A stretch of 64,000 bases of DNA from Utricularia gibba (taxonomy: Eukaryota; Plantae; Magnoliophyta), in NCBI GenBank assembly GCA_002189035.1, contig CM007989.1:7750001-7814000 (forward strand), written 5' to 3'. The first letter of the stretch is position 1. Each line of letters begins with the position of its first letter. Of the stretch, positions 34,058 to 58,182 are shown piece after piece. A program made the translations under genes and the position numbers. The notes under the pieces are model-generated. The model was not told the origin of the DNA and ran no database searches. It saw only the letters and a program-made list of their open reading frames with translations.

Positions 34058-37000
34058 CTAAAGAGGAATCCATCCCTGGGTAGTTCAAGAGTAAGAATGA
34101 AGCATCTTAGCAAAAAGGGAGCGAGGAAGACGAAATGGAGAATGATGATGATACCTTGATGACACCCTTTTCGTTGCCGCAGAGAATCATGTCGTTCGCA
34201 GTGAGCAGGCTGGTGATCTTGCTTCCTGCTGATAGTCTCCCTACTTTGTGCTGTGTTCCTCTCAGCCAAATCTGTGAGGAAGACAAACAAGAGATTATGC
34301 AAGTTGTGGAGATCTCAGAGAAAGCTTGGGAAGGTTTTGTTGGACGACCTGAATGCTGCTAACTGATGTGCTGCAGTTCAAGTATACAAAGTCCTCGACT
34401 ACCTCCATTGCAAGAATGTTGCCTCCCTTGTCTGGAACTGTTGATATCTGAGGGGTGGTGCTTCTTCTCCAGTCCTGTGGTGATCGAATCAATAGTGTAA
34501 TCGGATGGTAGCTTCAAATACACTTGTTACCTTTATGCTTGAGCCTTCAAAGGATGAGCTTGAGCAGTATAACCAATTCTTGTATATGGAAACTGAGGTT
34601 ATAGGTTTGGTTTGCACCCAACTCTTTGAGGGGCGCTTGATCTCCTGCTGTCGATTGTTTATGATCATCAGTTCTTGGATGCTAGAATCCACACAGCCCA
34701 CGTAAACCTTTCCTTGCACTGCTCGAATGCACTTCACCTTCTTGTTCTTGAAAACGTCTCTGATTTTCCTTGATGTGTCGATAACCTGCAGACCAAAGGC
34801 TTTTGAGAGTTTGAGTTTGAGTTTGAGCAGTACAAACTTGGCTGGCTACCTTGAGTTTATGGCCTTGAGTTGCTGCAAAAATGAGGTCTCCTGAGGATTC
34901 GATAAGCTTAACAGATTCCTTCATAGGTATTACCTCAATGCATTCAAGATTTAGGTGGCGCATTTGCCACATCTGCAAAGGAACGATGCATCAGCTTGTG
35001 AGAACATCTACAGCTTTCCCTTGGTTGTCTAAATAAATAGTCGTATCTGAAATGAAGTTTGATAAAAAGTTCTCGGGAAATGTTCTGACCTTGATAGTTT
35101 TGTCAGCAGAAGCACTGAGGAGACAGTTTCCAGGTTCATGAAGGGCAAAACATGTTACAGATTTCCTGTGCTCTTGCATCTCCTGCACAAGTGTAGCTGC
35201 CTGTCCCTTGATTTCCCAAGCCTGAGATGAACCCAACATTAGTATGCCATGGCAGAAGAATCAAGAGAACATCAATTCATTAGCAGACAAAATGTCAGGT
35301 CAAAAATAGGAATAGGTACCTTAATGGATCCATCGGCATAACCACTGTACAACAGTCCCTTGTAGAAGATGAGTGCAGTCACAGCTCCACAGCTTTTGTT
35401 TCCCATCTCGAGGATTTGGCTATGAACACAAGATATGCGCTGCATTTGTTGGTAAAACGTTAAGCACGGAAAATACATCTGGGTCATAATGCAAACCCTT
35501 CACTCACCCCTTTGTTTGGCTGAAAATAATCAGCTACACTAAGCAGTTCTTCAGCCATCCATGTGGCATTTGATAGCCGTCTCAATGACTCCCGCACTCC
35601 ATCTGAAAGTGTGGCTAATTTCTTTATTCCTGCAATAAAAAAGTTTCCTTAGTATTTGGAGCACATGCCCCAAAGGCAACGCTTTGCTTTCTATTTACCT
35701 CTTCCTGATGAATAATTATAGATGCATAAGCAAGCTAAGAGGCGCTCTTCGAGCTCGAAACCAGGATGCAGAAACTGTTCAATGGAATGTAGTATGATTT
35801 CACTTGCATCTTCTCTCTGCTCATCTTGACATTTCACTAACTCACAACTGATCCAGGCAGCAGCAACGAGGCAATCCCTCGAAAGCCTTCTTGACCTGCT
35901 CCTTAGGCCCTTGTCCAATGCATGGAAGACAGTTGCCCCTGAAAGCAGTAGCCTTTGAGCGATTTTACTGCACCATGAATCTATTCCACCGTCCTGTAAG
36001 TTTATTGTAAGAGTATCATTACAAGCAGTGCTGAGACTAGCATAGCGACAGACCATGGCACTATGCTTGAACAGACTAGCTTCACCTGTAAGCACTCATC
36101 GAGGAAGTCATATTTTTTAATCAGATTCCAATGACGAGCTGAGGTTAAACCAGTTTTCCTTAAAAGCCATGCTGTCGTGTATGGCTCTCCGGACCAAGAG
36201 TATGTTCCTCCGAGGTTTGAAATAATGAATGCAGACATAATCTCAGTAGCACAGCCTTCTTCACATGTTAGAGAATTGAAGAGAACGTCTGCAGCTTCTT
36301 CCCTGTATATGGATTTCATGGGTGCCTCTTCCTGAAAAGCATATGGATTTTTTTCTTTTAAAAAAAAGAAAAGAGCTTCAATTCTGAAAGTAGTATGTGT
36401 GGACTCACTAGAGCTTCTAACTGAAGCAGCAAATTAGCTGACAGAAGTCGAATCTCAGGCTCGGCATCATGCATCAACATGAATAGTGAACTCATATTGT
36501 TGGTGCTTCCTTGTCTTTGTATCTGCTGCAGTAAAGTAATTGCTGATGACCTGACGCAAAAAAAAAAACATCAATAAATACCAGATTAATTTTTAACAGT
36601 GATATATAAATTTACCAATGGCGGGCTTTGACGTACCTTGGTATTTTATGAAGTTCACTGAAATATTCCAGTGCAACTGATGATGCCCTGCGTTGGTTAC
36701 TCCACAGAAGTCCAACAAAAGGGGCAACAGGGGATATCTCTGATATACATTTTCTGCTTTTTTCATCGAACCTCATACACTTGACCAATATGGAAGCCAA
36801 CGAAATAAACTCTTCGAGGTTATCTTTTCTTGGAACTTGCAACAGCCTTGAGAGCACTCTCGGAGAGCTTATTGCTGCCAAGTGCATGCTATTTGTTTCG
36901 TAGTCGAAAGCTGTCACTAAACTATCCATGATCATCAAAGATGCAGCAGGCGGGGTCAGCAGGAGAGACTTCAAGTCTAACTTGTTATACTTTGAGGCAC

Positions 37001-38909
37001 AGACCACCTCAACCAAACAAGGTAGAAGTTCAAGAGTCTTGATCTCTGCAGGAGAGGGATTTATCAAGTATATCAGAACGACTGCCTCATGAACATTGCG
37101 CTTGAGAGCTGTTGCTAGGTCATACAGCTGTAGCCCTTTTCTCTTGATATCTTCAACAACGGATTTATTAGCTGTGGCAATAGTTGAGAGAATTGAAACC
37201 GAAGTTCTAACAGTTCTCTCTTCTTTGGAAGTTGTAATAGATATCAGCAACTGATCCAATATAATATCCTTCAGGATTGAGTATTTTAGCCCCTTCTTAC
37301 TGTTTAGTATCTCATATATTGTCTTCATCTCCACACCACTTTCCTCTACTCCATCTCCGATTTCTTCAGTGTAGCAAAGCTTTGAGACAATTCTCTGCAG
37401 GACATCATTTTGATCCATGACAAAGTTTTCTTCACGATGCAAATGGACATCATGGAAACCATTTCCGCAACTTGAGCTATTCTTGGTTGTTTCTAAGCTG
37501 TCGTCTTTTTTCATGGAAATGGAACCGCTGTGATCCTCATATCCATCGTCATCAAAATAAGAAAGTTTCTCCATGTGCCTCAAGCCGAATTTAGGAACAT
37601 CATTCATACAGAATGTAGAAGAAAAACTCTGAGGAATGCAGCCTTTGACATTTTTTTCACGGGTTACTAGTTGATGATGTGTTGGACTCATCCTTCTTGA
37701 AGTGTTCGGGTCCTCAACATCATCCTAGTGTTGAAGCATCATCATAGTTAAATAACACAAACACGCCAAACTTAGCATCTCACTCTAATCCAGAAAACAT
37801 ACCTGAGGAAAAAGATCATCCCAGACAGAAGGGATGCCAGAAACTGGAGAATCTGACTCGGATTCTGTCAAAATATCTCTCAGGAACTTGCTACTTGAGC
37901 TTCGCTCACTAGCTATACAGCAGCTGTTATCTTCAACAACCTCCTTTTCTTTGGGGCAAATCTTATCAAGCTGCATTCAGTGGAAATTTTATTATGTATG
38001 CGCAGAACCATCGGAAATTTCCAGATTTTAACATGGAACTGACACCGAACTTACATCATGGTCAGGACTTAAACTATCTTCATTTCCCCCTAAATGCTGA
38101 AACTCAATACCTGTTGCTATGTTCCTATACAATTCGGTACAAGACAAGCAACAATCTCAGCTAAATCGATTGATCATTAACTAGGAAACACTCAACAAGA
38201 CTACTTACTCCTGAGTGGAATCACCAATAGCCATAATACGGTAATACATCAACCATGGCTTAAACCTTTTTGCTATCCATTTCAAGACTTGATCAACAAT
38301 TCCAGCATTATCACTGAGCACTCCATTTATCAGACATCCACTAGATGATAAATTATCGCCGTCGTGCTCAATAAACAACGGAAACAGACTCCGGCAGACC
38401 CCCGGCGCAAGTTTAGAGTAAACGAGCCTCGGTGAAACCAAAACCGCCTGAAGAAAATGCACCGCCGACTGCCAATCGTTCTTCCTCAAAAACTCAACCA
38501 CTGAGAGGTAAAAGTACGAGCAGCAGACCAAAGAATTGTTAGGAATCCCCAATGTACACCCATCTTCATCCAACGACGCCGGAATTTGAAGCATTTTCTC
38601 GGAGTTCGCGAGCTTAATAGCCCTCTCCCCCGCGCACTCCGCGACAGCAGCAGCTTCGCTCGCCTCTATTCCCCAGTAAAGATTCGAGAGCACGGAATGC
38701 TCCGAAAACTCGAAAAACTCCTGCGGCTGAAGATTCCTGAGTTTGTAAGTCGCTGCCAATTTCAAAGCCCTCCGCGACTCCGCATTCTGAAGAAGCGAAT
38801 GCATTTGTCGGTTGATGACGGAGACAAGCTCTCGTACGACGGAGAGCTCCATTTTCTGGTCTCCATCGAAGAACTCCGGCGGCGGCGGAGCTGAGGAAGG
38901 CGACGACAT
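34058..38909 (-). CDS. LIN/CERBERUS-like ARM + WD40 protein (At3g06880-like), no U-box recognised
   Basis: N-terminal EHSVLSNLYWGIE..EKMLQIPA.LDE.G.T.GIPN..LVCCSYFYL, a central ARM-like exon (37691-36612), C-terminal WD40 exons (VTALIFYKGLLYSGYADGSIK, CLLSASADKTIK) and terminal GWIPL*. Confidence 0.88.
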
Positions 38910-40828
38910 TCGACGTTCACCCTGTCACGAGCGAGACAGTGTCTAGTCTAGACTCTAGAGCTCCCTCAGCGAATGACTTCCACCTAATCATTTTAAAACT
39001 AAATATATCATAATCAATTAATATCATTATATTGAAAACAATTTATTATTATTTCCACAATTTACCAAAAAGGTAACTTTTTCAGTGACAACCAGAGATA
39101 ATTTATTATATTTAAAACACCTCAAATTTTAATATTTTGACAAAATTAATCCACACTTTTTAATATAAATTATATAATTGGTCCTAATTGATAAAATGAT
39201 TCCTCAACAGTTTCATTTATCCATATTATTAGTTTTCAAAATTTTATATTTTGAATGTTATTTATCACTGTTTGAACACTAAGCACAATTAATCTCTAAT
39301 TATTTAAAAACTAGATAATATTATTTGTAGATTAATTTTTCAAAAGTTTAAATAATTTAGAAATTAATAATACCAATCATGAAAATTATTTATGTCAAAT
39401 TGATGAATACTAAAATATTCAAAAAACATTAGGAACCAATTTTAACCATTGTATTCAAAGAGTAAAAATCAATTTTCTCACTATTTTAGAATGATATTTA
39501 CTTATGTATTATCAAAACAAGGTACACCATTATAATGATTATAATGATTATTGAGTAATATTGTTTTAGAATAATATTTTAATAATTTTTGAAAACAATA
39601 CAAATTTTTTATATTTACATGGATACACATGATATGATAAATCCAAAAACAATCAATTTTCGTATTTTTGGTTCGAATCATTTTTAATAAAATCTAAAAA
39701 AATTAATTCTACATAGAGACTATCTTATTTATTTTTTTACATAGACGATCAATTGCAATTGCAATCGGAAGTGTAGGGTTACCTCGCGGGTTTCAAAGAT
39801 TGACCTGTCAGACGACAATTATTGACGTGGAGGGGGCCCCCAGAGCTTTCGTTTTTGCATTAAAAGCCCCTCAACTCTCCATATTCCCCTCTGCGGTGGT
39901 CACCCATTTGTCATTAATTGCAGGCGCAGCCCCGCCCCGCCCCGCCATCTGCTCTGCTCTGCTTCTTCCTTCCTTCCCTTTCTTTATTATTATTATTTAT
40001 TTATTTCTTGGGTGCATCAGGTTGACAAAGTAACAGTTTTTTTTTTCCTTGTTCATTTTGTAAGTTTGCGTTTTGTCTATTGGGTGGGAATGGGAACAAA
40101 ATAGAAGCACAAGGTCAGCCTGTAAAGATAGGAGCTTTGTCCCCAAAAGCTTCTTTCTTTTCTGCATCATCACCTCACCTCTTGTCCACTATTCCTTTGC
40201 ATACCCTACTACCAACCCCCTTTTTTATGGGCCATTTAAAAAATCATTTTTATTAATTTTTTTGTTTATTTTTCAAATTCATCATCTTTTTCATTAACAA
40301 CCTTTATGTTTACAACTGATTTTTGTTGTACAAAATAGCTTTATAATCCGTTTTTTTATCCAACATGAATATTAACTGGGTGTTTGATAGTTGACTTAAG
40401 ATAAAACGTATTTTATGATTTTATATTTAAAAATATATTTGATGGATGCAGATAGATATGTTATATTTTATAATTAAAATTGTAATTTTAAATAATTGGT
40501 TTCATATTTATAGTTGGGAATAAATATGCTTTTAATATAAAATATATTATTTTAAAAATAAACTTCTTATCAAAAGTACATATTAAATAAAACACGCTTC
40601 AAAAACTAGCATTAAATCATCTATCAAACATCATTTAACAACTCATGTTCTAAAGGGAGTAGAAATTTACAATTCTATTCTGTTTTTAAGAAGATGCACA
40701 AATAACTCGATATTATATTTTTTCTCTCTTTTTTTTAAATTTGATTATATGTAATATTTTTTTCCTATTAGAATTTAATATACACATTTTCCAAAATACA
40801 CTACCATAGTTGAGGGGGTGGTGGTTGG

Positions 40829-40848
40829 CTCTCTCTCTCTCTCTCTCT
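40829..40848. repeat. (CT)10 / GAGA-type microsatellite
   Basis: Direct read of the run. Confidence 0.9.
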
Positions 40849-40997
40849 ACCTTGGTTTGACGTGTAAAAGGAGAGCGAAAGGGTTGGCAACACAAGACGA
40901 AAGTGGGGACTGATTGAGGAGCCGGGGAGACAACAACAACACAAGGGGTTATTGTCATTCACGGGATGAAGATAAGTGTGCTATGTTAATGTGGTCA

Positions 40998-41016
40998 CCC
41001 CCCCCCCCCCCCCCCC
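40998..41016. repeat. C19 homopolymer (G19 on the minus strand)
   Basis: Nineteen consecutive C. Confidence 0.9.
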
Positions 41017-44000
41017 TTACCATTTGGAATTTACACGTACACACGATCCAATCCGATCCAATTTGCCCCGTATTCCGGTTCGGAAAATCGACCGGCGGTT
41101 CATCGGTTCAGTTCGATTCGATTCAATCGTTTTTTTTTTGTTGTTGTAGAGGATAAGTTAGGGGTTGGGGTGTATGGTATTGAATTTGAATGGAATATTA
41201 AAAGGGAAGAGAAATGGAATATTTATGTGGTTAGAATGAATTAGTTTAATGGATGATGCCTCCATCATTCATGATCATTTTATGAGGCATGCATGCATGT
41301 GACTGAATAATGGACTGACACCATTTCCTCTTTTGTCCTGGCAACCCCCACCTGGCCTCACCAAACACCTATTAATTAATTTCTAATCCTAGAATCTAAT
41401 AATATTTCAATTTTATAAATTAAGATTATATTTTATGTGTTTATGGAATCACAAGTACCACATGATTCATTGTGAATCAGATATTCACGATTTTTTTTTC
41501 AAAATTATATTTATGGTAAAACACAAATTTCTATATTAAGTAAATTTAGATGGTAAAATATAGTATTAATTTATTATATCAAAAAGTTTTTTATTCAATT
41601 ATCTATTAAAATAAATGATATTATACTTTAAATTTTCTATCAAATACATTATAGTTTATTATACGTGTTTTTTACATTATTATTTTTATGCAATTTAATT
41701 ATACTTTTATTTAACATCGAACAAATTAAAATATCATGATAAAGAAGCACTGAGTTCCCGTATTGACACGAGTGGGGAAGCCGAAGCTCGTCTTGCCGAT
41801 GGGCCTTGAGGTGTAGGCTTTTACGGGCTCACAATGGGCCCAATATCGCCAGAGCCCGTCCGTAGCTAATGGTCTGCTGGAAGCCCACAGAGCCCATGGC
41901 ACAATATTTTAATATTTATTAAATATTAAATAATATTACATAAGGATAGATAAATATTTAATAAACATATGGATAGATGATAAATAATGGAAAATTTAAG
42001 TATAGATATTTCATTTCGAATATAGAAACTTATATATCGTTCAATATTATTCTCGTATAGTTTTACATTCAAATACCATTTCTAATTATGAATATGGAAT
42101 ACGGAAATAAATCAGTATGGTATTTGACATTCCAAATCGAATGCTCACCCCTGCGTATAACGAAAGCGCAAAAACTTACCTTTGAATTTTTGTGATATTT
42201 AATGTTATTTTATTTTGTTATGGCTTTTCCCCAAAAGGGGAATAATAAAAGAATTGAAAGTGTCCAGGAAAGGACGCGGACACGGCACCATGTGGTGCCC
42301 GTACGTCAACAGTGTCGATTTGGGATGGCATTCATTGATTGCTTCCTGTGGGGTAAATTTGGAAGTTAAAAGTTGTTATTACCGGTTGGCAAAAATGAAA
42401 AATACAGCTACGGTCATAATCCAACCTTATTAATTTAGAGTATATATGATATATTGTTTCGAAGCTCGTTTCAAATACATTGCATTCAACTATTAAAGTC
42501 ATATATTAAAATTTGAAAAAAACATGTGAACTAATTACCATTCAAGATAGTTCAATAAAATGGTAATTAAACCGTTCGTTTTTTTTTTAAAAAAAAATTT
42601 AACGATTAGATTATGATTTAAATAAAATTCAATGGATAACTATTTATTTTTTTATATCTTTTAAAACGATTCAACTTTAATCAAACAATTATTATCAATT
42701 CGAAACAGTTTCAATTGTGATTTTTCAAATATTAGTAGACTAAGTATTAATTTAAAAAAAGAAAACTAGGATGAAAAATTACAGGTTAATTAAGCTTTAA
42801 TCATGACTAAAGTATTACTTATTTTTATATTTTAAAACGATTTAAATTGAATTAAAAGATGTTATAAATGAGCGATTAAACAGTGATTTTTCAAACATGA
42901 GTCAAACTCGCAGAGACTAATTATTAATTTTATTGAATAAATAATATGGAAAAAGTTGGCGGTTGCTCTCACGAATAATGGAGAATGGTATTGGGTGTGG
43001 GCCCGGCAACACAACTTCCAGCCCACTTCAATTTATTTTTATTTTATTTTATTCGTTGTGTCCAGCTCCGCATTTATTTCCAATAATTTACAATTTCTGT
43101 TCCCCATCGAATCTTGACTTTTGATCCCAATTCAGTAATTTTTTTAATAATTATCCTTTAAAATTAATTAATCGAATATTATATGCTAATATTAATATTT
43201 TATGGAAGATTGAGAGAGCGTTTTAAAAATGTGTTAAACTATTTTCTATAAATTCTTTTTAGAATGGAAAATATTTAAATACTTAAAAATGATTATTTAA
43301 TAATAAATTTAAATTGGGTGGGATATAGTTCAAAATTGGGGCACCCCTCATAAAGGATTTAAGGCGACTTGGGGCACCAAACTTGGCCACGTTGAAGACT
43401 TTTTTAAGCATCGCGATCATGCTTGATTTGCAATAAAAAAAACGGATGCTCAACTTAATAACTCTAAATAAGAGAAATTAATGCAATAAAAATTGAGTTT
43501 ATCTATTTTTTTAAAATAAATAAGAAATATTTTAAAATTTCAACTTATTTTATAATAAAAATTGGTCATATTTGCTAATAAAACAAATTTTGAAATGGTT
43601 TTTAAAGATAGAAACTATTCCAAACACAAAATAAATTATATTTGGTGGTTCGTTTAAAGATTATGCAATATGATTTCAACTTTGTTTAGTAGATGGATTT
43701 TAGTTATATTAGATTTAATTGTGTTAAAGAGTGTTTAATTTGATATTTAAAATTAATTAAAATTTATTTTAAGTTTAAATAAGGATTATTAGGAAACACT
43801 CACTTTAAATAAAATTTAAACTATGTGGGAATCAACAATGTTAGCTGATTTGTGTGATAAAGGATGATAAGGTACATCTTATTCGTATTTTTTTGCTACA
43901 AAATTAATATATTTAATAGTACAATTAAGTATTTTATTTATAATTATTAATATTTTAGTAATTTTAGAATTATTTGTATTTTTGGACTAAATCAATAATT

Positions 44001-45999
44001 TAATATACGTTATGTTTTCTAATATTTTCCTTAGTATAACAATACTTCTTGGATAAATCTAACCTAGTTTATATGAATAAAAATCATAGGACACAATGTA
44101 CAAAGAAGAGATATGATAAATTATTTTAACAACACCTACTCTATAAGTCACTCAAGGTTCCAATCAAAGGTAGAATATAGTGCAAGAAATTAAAGATATT
44201 TTTGTTTATTTAAAGAATAAAAAGAGAACATATTTTTCAAACATTCTATATAAAATATAAAGTAAAGAGAATTTGACTAGGGGAATGAAGAAGATGAGTC
44301 AAGAGGGGACTTTGACTGAAAATTCTTTTAGCACTAAACTCAATTCTCAGTGTGATGTTTTAAGAATAGAAGGGATATATGTTGGTTTAGGGTAGGCACC
44401 TAAGATTGAATATGTTCAGATGACTTTTTTCAATATTTTAGAATATATATAGGATGAGAAAAAAAGAGAATACCTAATTTAAGAAAATTCAAAAGATTGA
44501 TATATAGATATATGAGTAGATTTTCTTGAATAAAAACCAATAAGATCAAGTATACTAAATCTTGTCTGGAATACTAATAGCATACCCCCAGTGTAAGATA
44601 GAATAAAAAATTATAATTAAAGAAGTTATAGAAATTGGTTGGGATAAATTTACATTATCTCAGGTTAGGAAAACACACTATAGTTTTGAAACTAAAAACT
44701 AAATCAACACATCCTTCTGAAACCATGAGATATTTACATTTTTAGTTTTGTAAAGTTAAATAGTTTATTGTACCATTACTTTAAATTAGGTATCTTATTA
44801 TTTACGTCCAATTAATTTTAGTTAAGATCTAAAATCAATCGTGACAACTAGAATGTATCGACTTTTATATCATTACCAACACTTCCTTGTATTTGATCTA
44901 AAAACCCACTTTGCATCTTATGTTTAGATTATATTACACGTATATTAAAACTTTTATAAATTTATTTAGTACGAAAAATATTTATTTACAATAATTAGAG
45001 AAAATTTTCATTTATCAAAAGGTAACATTGTCAATTTCAGAAGTACCCCTCCTTGGGTTTTGGGATACTCGAATTTAGGAAAAAAGTCACATTGAATCCA
45101 AAAGAAAATTTTATATAAATTTCGCGAATATTTAATTTCGAAGACCCCACCCTCTTTTATCATACAGTGCACCGGGGTCGGTCGCAGGGGCGAAAACGTA
45201 ATTACGGGCATGGGCGATTCTGAGAGGTTCAGGGTTTGGTCTGCCCGGGCCCGGGTTATACCGGAAAATATAACGAAGCCCCAGGGACGATATTGTCCGA
45301 ACAGGTATTTTCGGTTGAAGAGAAAAAAGAATTCTGGTTTGGAAAAATGACACCCATTAAATTACATGTTTTGGATTCCTTGTTTCTCCAGAGCTTAAGC
45401 AAAAGCGATGCAGGATACGCAGAAGTACGTATAATCATCGCCTCTGGCGTTGCATCTCAAAGAAATCTCGACGACAGGTTCTCGCGAAGGTTGTGTTTCG
45501 AGGGGCAGGTTTCTGCGCGTTCTGGTTTGGTCGCTTAGATCTGTCGGCATTTCATGTTTTAGAATTGATTCTTGAATCAGGTGAGGGAGGATCGATCCTC
45601 GGTTCAGTTTTTATGTGCAAGCGCTGAGCTGTGCTTATATTGAGAACGGATTGTAAATTGTTCGTGATTCCGGGGGAGATGGGTTTTTTTTTTTTTGAGT
45701 TTCCGTGGATTTTGGATATGGAAAATAGGGAAAAGGGAGATTTGAATGGAGTTGATTGTTGCGGCTTTTTTTTTAGTAGGAAGAAGATGCAGTGTGCGCT
45801 TTTGCTTGCTTGTTCGTCGGTGTTGCCCCTTTTTATGCTGTTTCTTTCGTTTTTTTTGGGCGAGAGACTTTTTGATTTGGCTAGTTGGATTCTGAATTGA
45901 TGTGTGATTCTAGCAGATGCATACTGAACCTAAATTTCTGTCTTCTCCATGAAGTCTGGAGGAAGTAGATCTTGAAAATTGGCTCCTCTAAAGAGATCC

Positions 46000-49869
<3,870 letters not shown>

Positions 49870-50195
49870 ACTCTACTCTCTCATGGGGAGCATACTCTAC
49901 TGTACTGTTCCCTTTCTCTGCTCGTGATTGAATCTGAAGATCTGAAGAGAAGAAGCCGGGGAGAAGCATTTCTGGAATTTTGGAACTCAGGTTCATTCAC
50001 ATGGGCAGGTAATATAACACGCTGCTCTTGCCTTGTACCTTTTGTCATTTCTGGAATGTAAAATCATCATCTTCTTCTGTGACTCATACTGTAAACTACA
50101 GTTTGAATTCATTCCTGTTTTCCTAGGCGCCTTCTCCATCGGCTATGTTGCATTCCTAACTATGCTGTCAAATCTCATTGGATCCCCAATTAAAG

Positions 50196-50832
50196 TAGGG
50201 GTACTAACAAAATTGGTTCAAATTGTTTATTTTTGTTTGAATATTATAAAGAAATAAAAATTTACAAAATTTGTGTTCAATTAATTTAATAAATGAACAC
50301 AAATGAGATTGATGTTCAATTATAATCGATTTTGTTTGATTATAATATTAATATTTTATCAATATTTAATATTTTGAGTTAATATAAAATATATGATATT
50401 AACCAATAGTATAAATATCTTATGATTATTTTTATGATATATTTGGCATTAGAGGTTATTTTTATCAATTAAAACATATAAAATACTAATTTATATTGGT
50501 AATTAAGTGAAAAAAATCATAACTAATCCAGATTCTAATTAGTAAATCCCTAAAATAAAATTGGAAATACACAAAGTACCTTTCCTTTGTATAAGAGGGA
50601 CTAAGAACCCTTTTCATAATCCTCTACTTCCGTAAATTGAGAAACCCGGGTTATCCCCAATCCAATCAAACCCTACCATTTATTTAATAATAGAAATGAA
50701 TGAATCTATTTATAATTTTTAATAGACATGATATTTATATTTAATTGAAAAATAGATTAACATTCATCCAAAATTCAGATAATTAAATCCATTTTTATCC
50801 AATTGGATAATCCATTGGCACTGGCACCCCTA
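50196..50832. mobile_element. Possible old hAT-type MITE remnant
   Basis: AT-rich 637-bp stretch bounded by TAGGGGT (50196) and ACCCCTA (ending 50832). No target-site duplication is found. Confidence 0.25.
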
Positions 50833-50886
50833 CCGCTTTTTCGACTCTCTTGCTCTCGCCGGCGGTGCCTTGCTAGTCGGGAAAGC

Positions 50887-57205
<6,319 letters not shown>

Positions 57206-58182
57206 ATGAATGACTGAGGAGCTTGTCACTTGGGTACCAAGTTCTTACAGCAACACATTCTTTTAATTACCCTTTATTTTTTTAATAATATTTTATAATA
57301 TAATATTACTTGATTTTAGTAAATAGCACTTCTCTGTGGAATTATTTATATTTAAAATATAAAATGTAAAAATAAAAAGTTTAAAATATTTAAAAACAAA
57401 AAATGATTTTTTATTATTATTTTTTATGGTGTATATTAGGAAAGTTGACGTCTTCCGTTCTAGAATATTCTAGTTTCCAGAAACGGAGATCAGGTCATCG
57501 TCACCACCTCAGGGGAGAGACGACAAAAGAGATGTGTGGTCAGCTTCTGGTGAAGGCAGTGGGGTTATTTTAATCCTTGAATGCGTAACGATCACACGAA
57601 ATTCAACGCATTCCGAGGGACAATTTTTGTCGATTGCTGGCGCTGGATTTGGATCCCATTCAGTGAAGGGACGGGAGAAGTAGAATCCCCACCGTTTGAT
57701 TCTCTTTATTCCAACCGATTCACCGCGATATGCGACGCTTTGGAATATCCAGAGCCAAACAGAAACCTTTTGATACGGTTCATATTTGGGATTCTCTCTG
57801 CTGTTGCCTAACCAGAGGATCACCATCGTGGTGCTCTGTTTACCCGCTGGGCGTGCTTCATTCTTCGTTGCTTGCTACTGCATCCTTTTGAACCTGGGGT
57901 GAGGTTCCATATTTTCCTTGTGTTCCTCTGACTGGTGGGGTGATGGGATTTAGCGGGTTTCCATGACTTTATAGAGAGAAAAATCTTATCTTTGGTGGTT
58001 TTGTGTTATGTATCTTGTGAGGATTGACGGTCAGATATGCTTTTTATGCGATAAACTCATGGTTACTCTGTTATTACGTAAATGGGTGTTCTGTATTTTC
58101 CCCTAAGCCTGAGGAAGAAGTGGTTCATTATTCTGGCTATTATAGTGTACCTTTTTTGAATTTTCTTTGATCTCTCTCAGCA

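Noticed and set aside
44050-44900. LTR retrotransposon remnant
   Set aside because: No gag/pol peptide, paired LTRs or intact PBS/PPT could be found. It is only slightly less AT-rich spacer.
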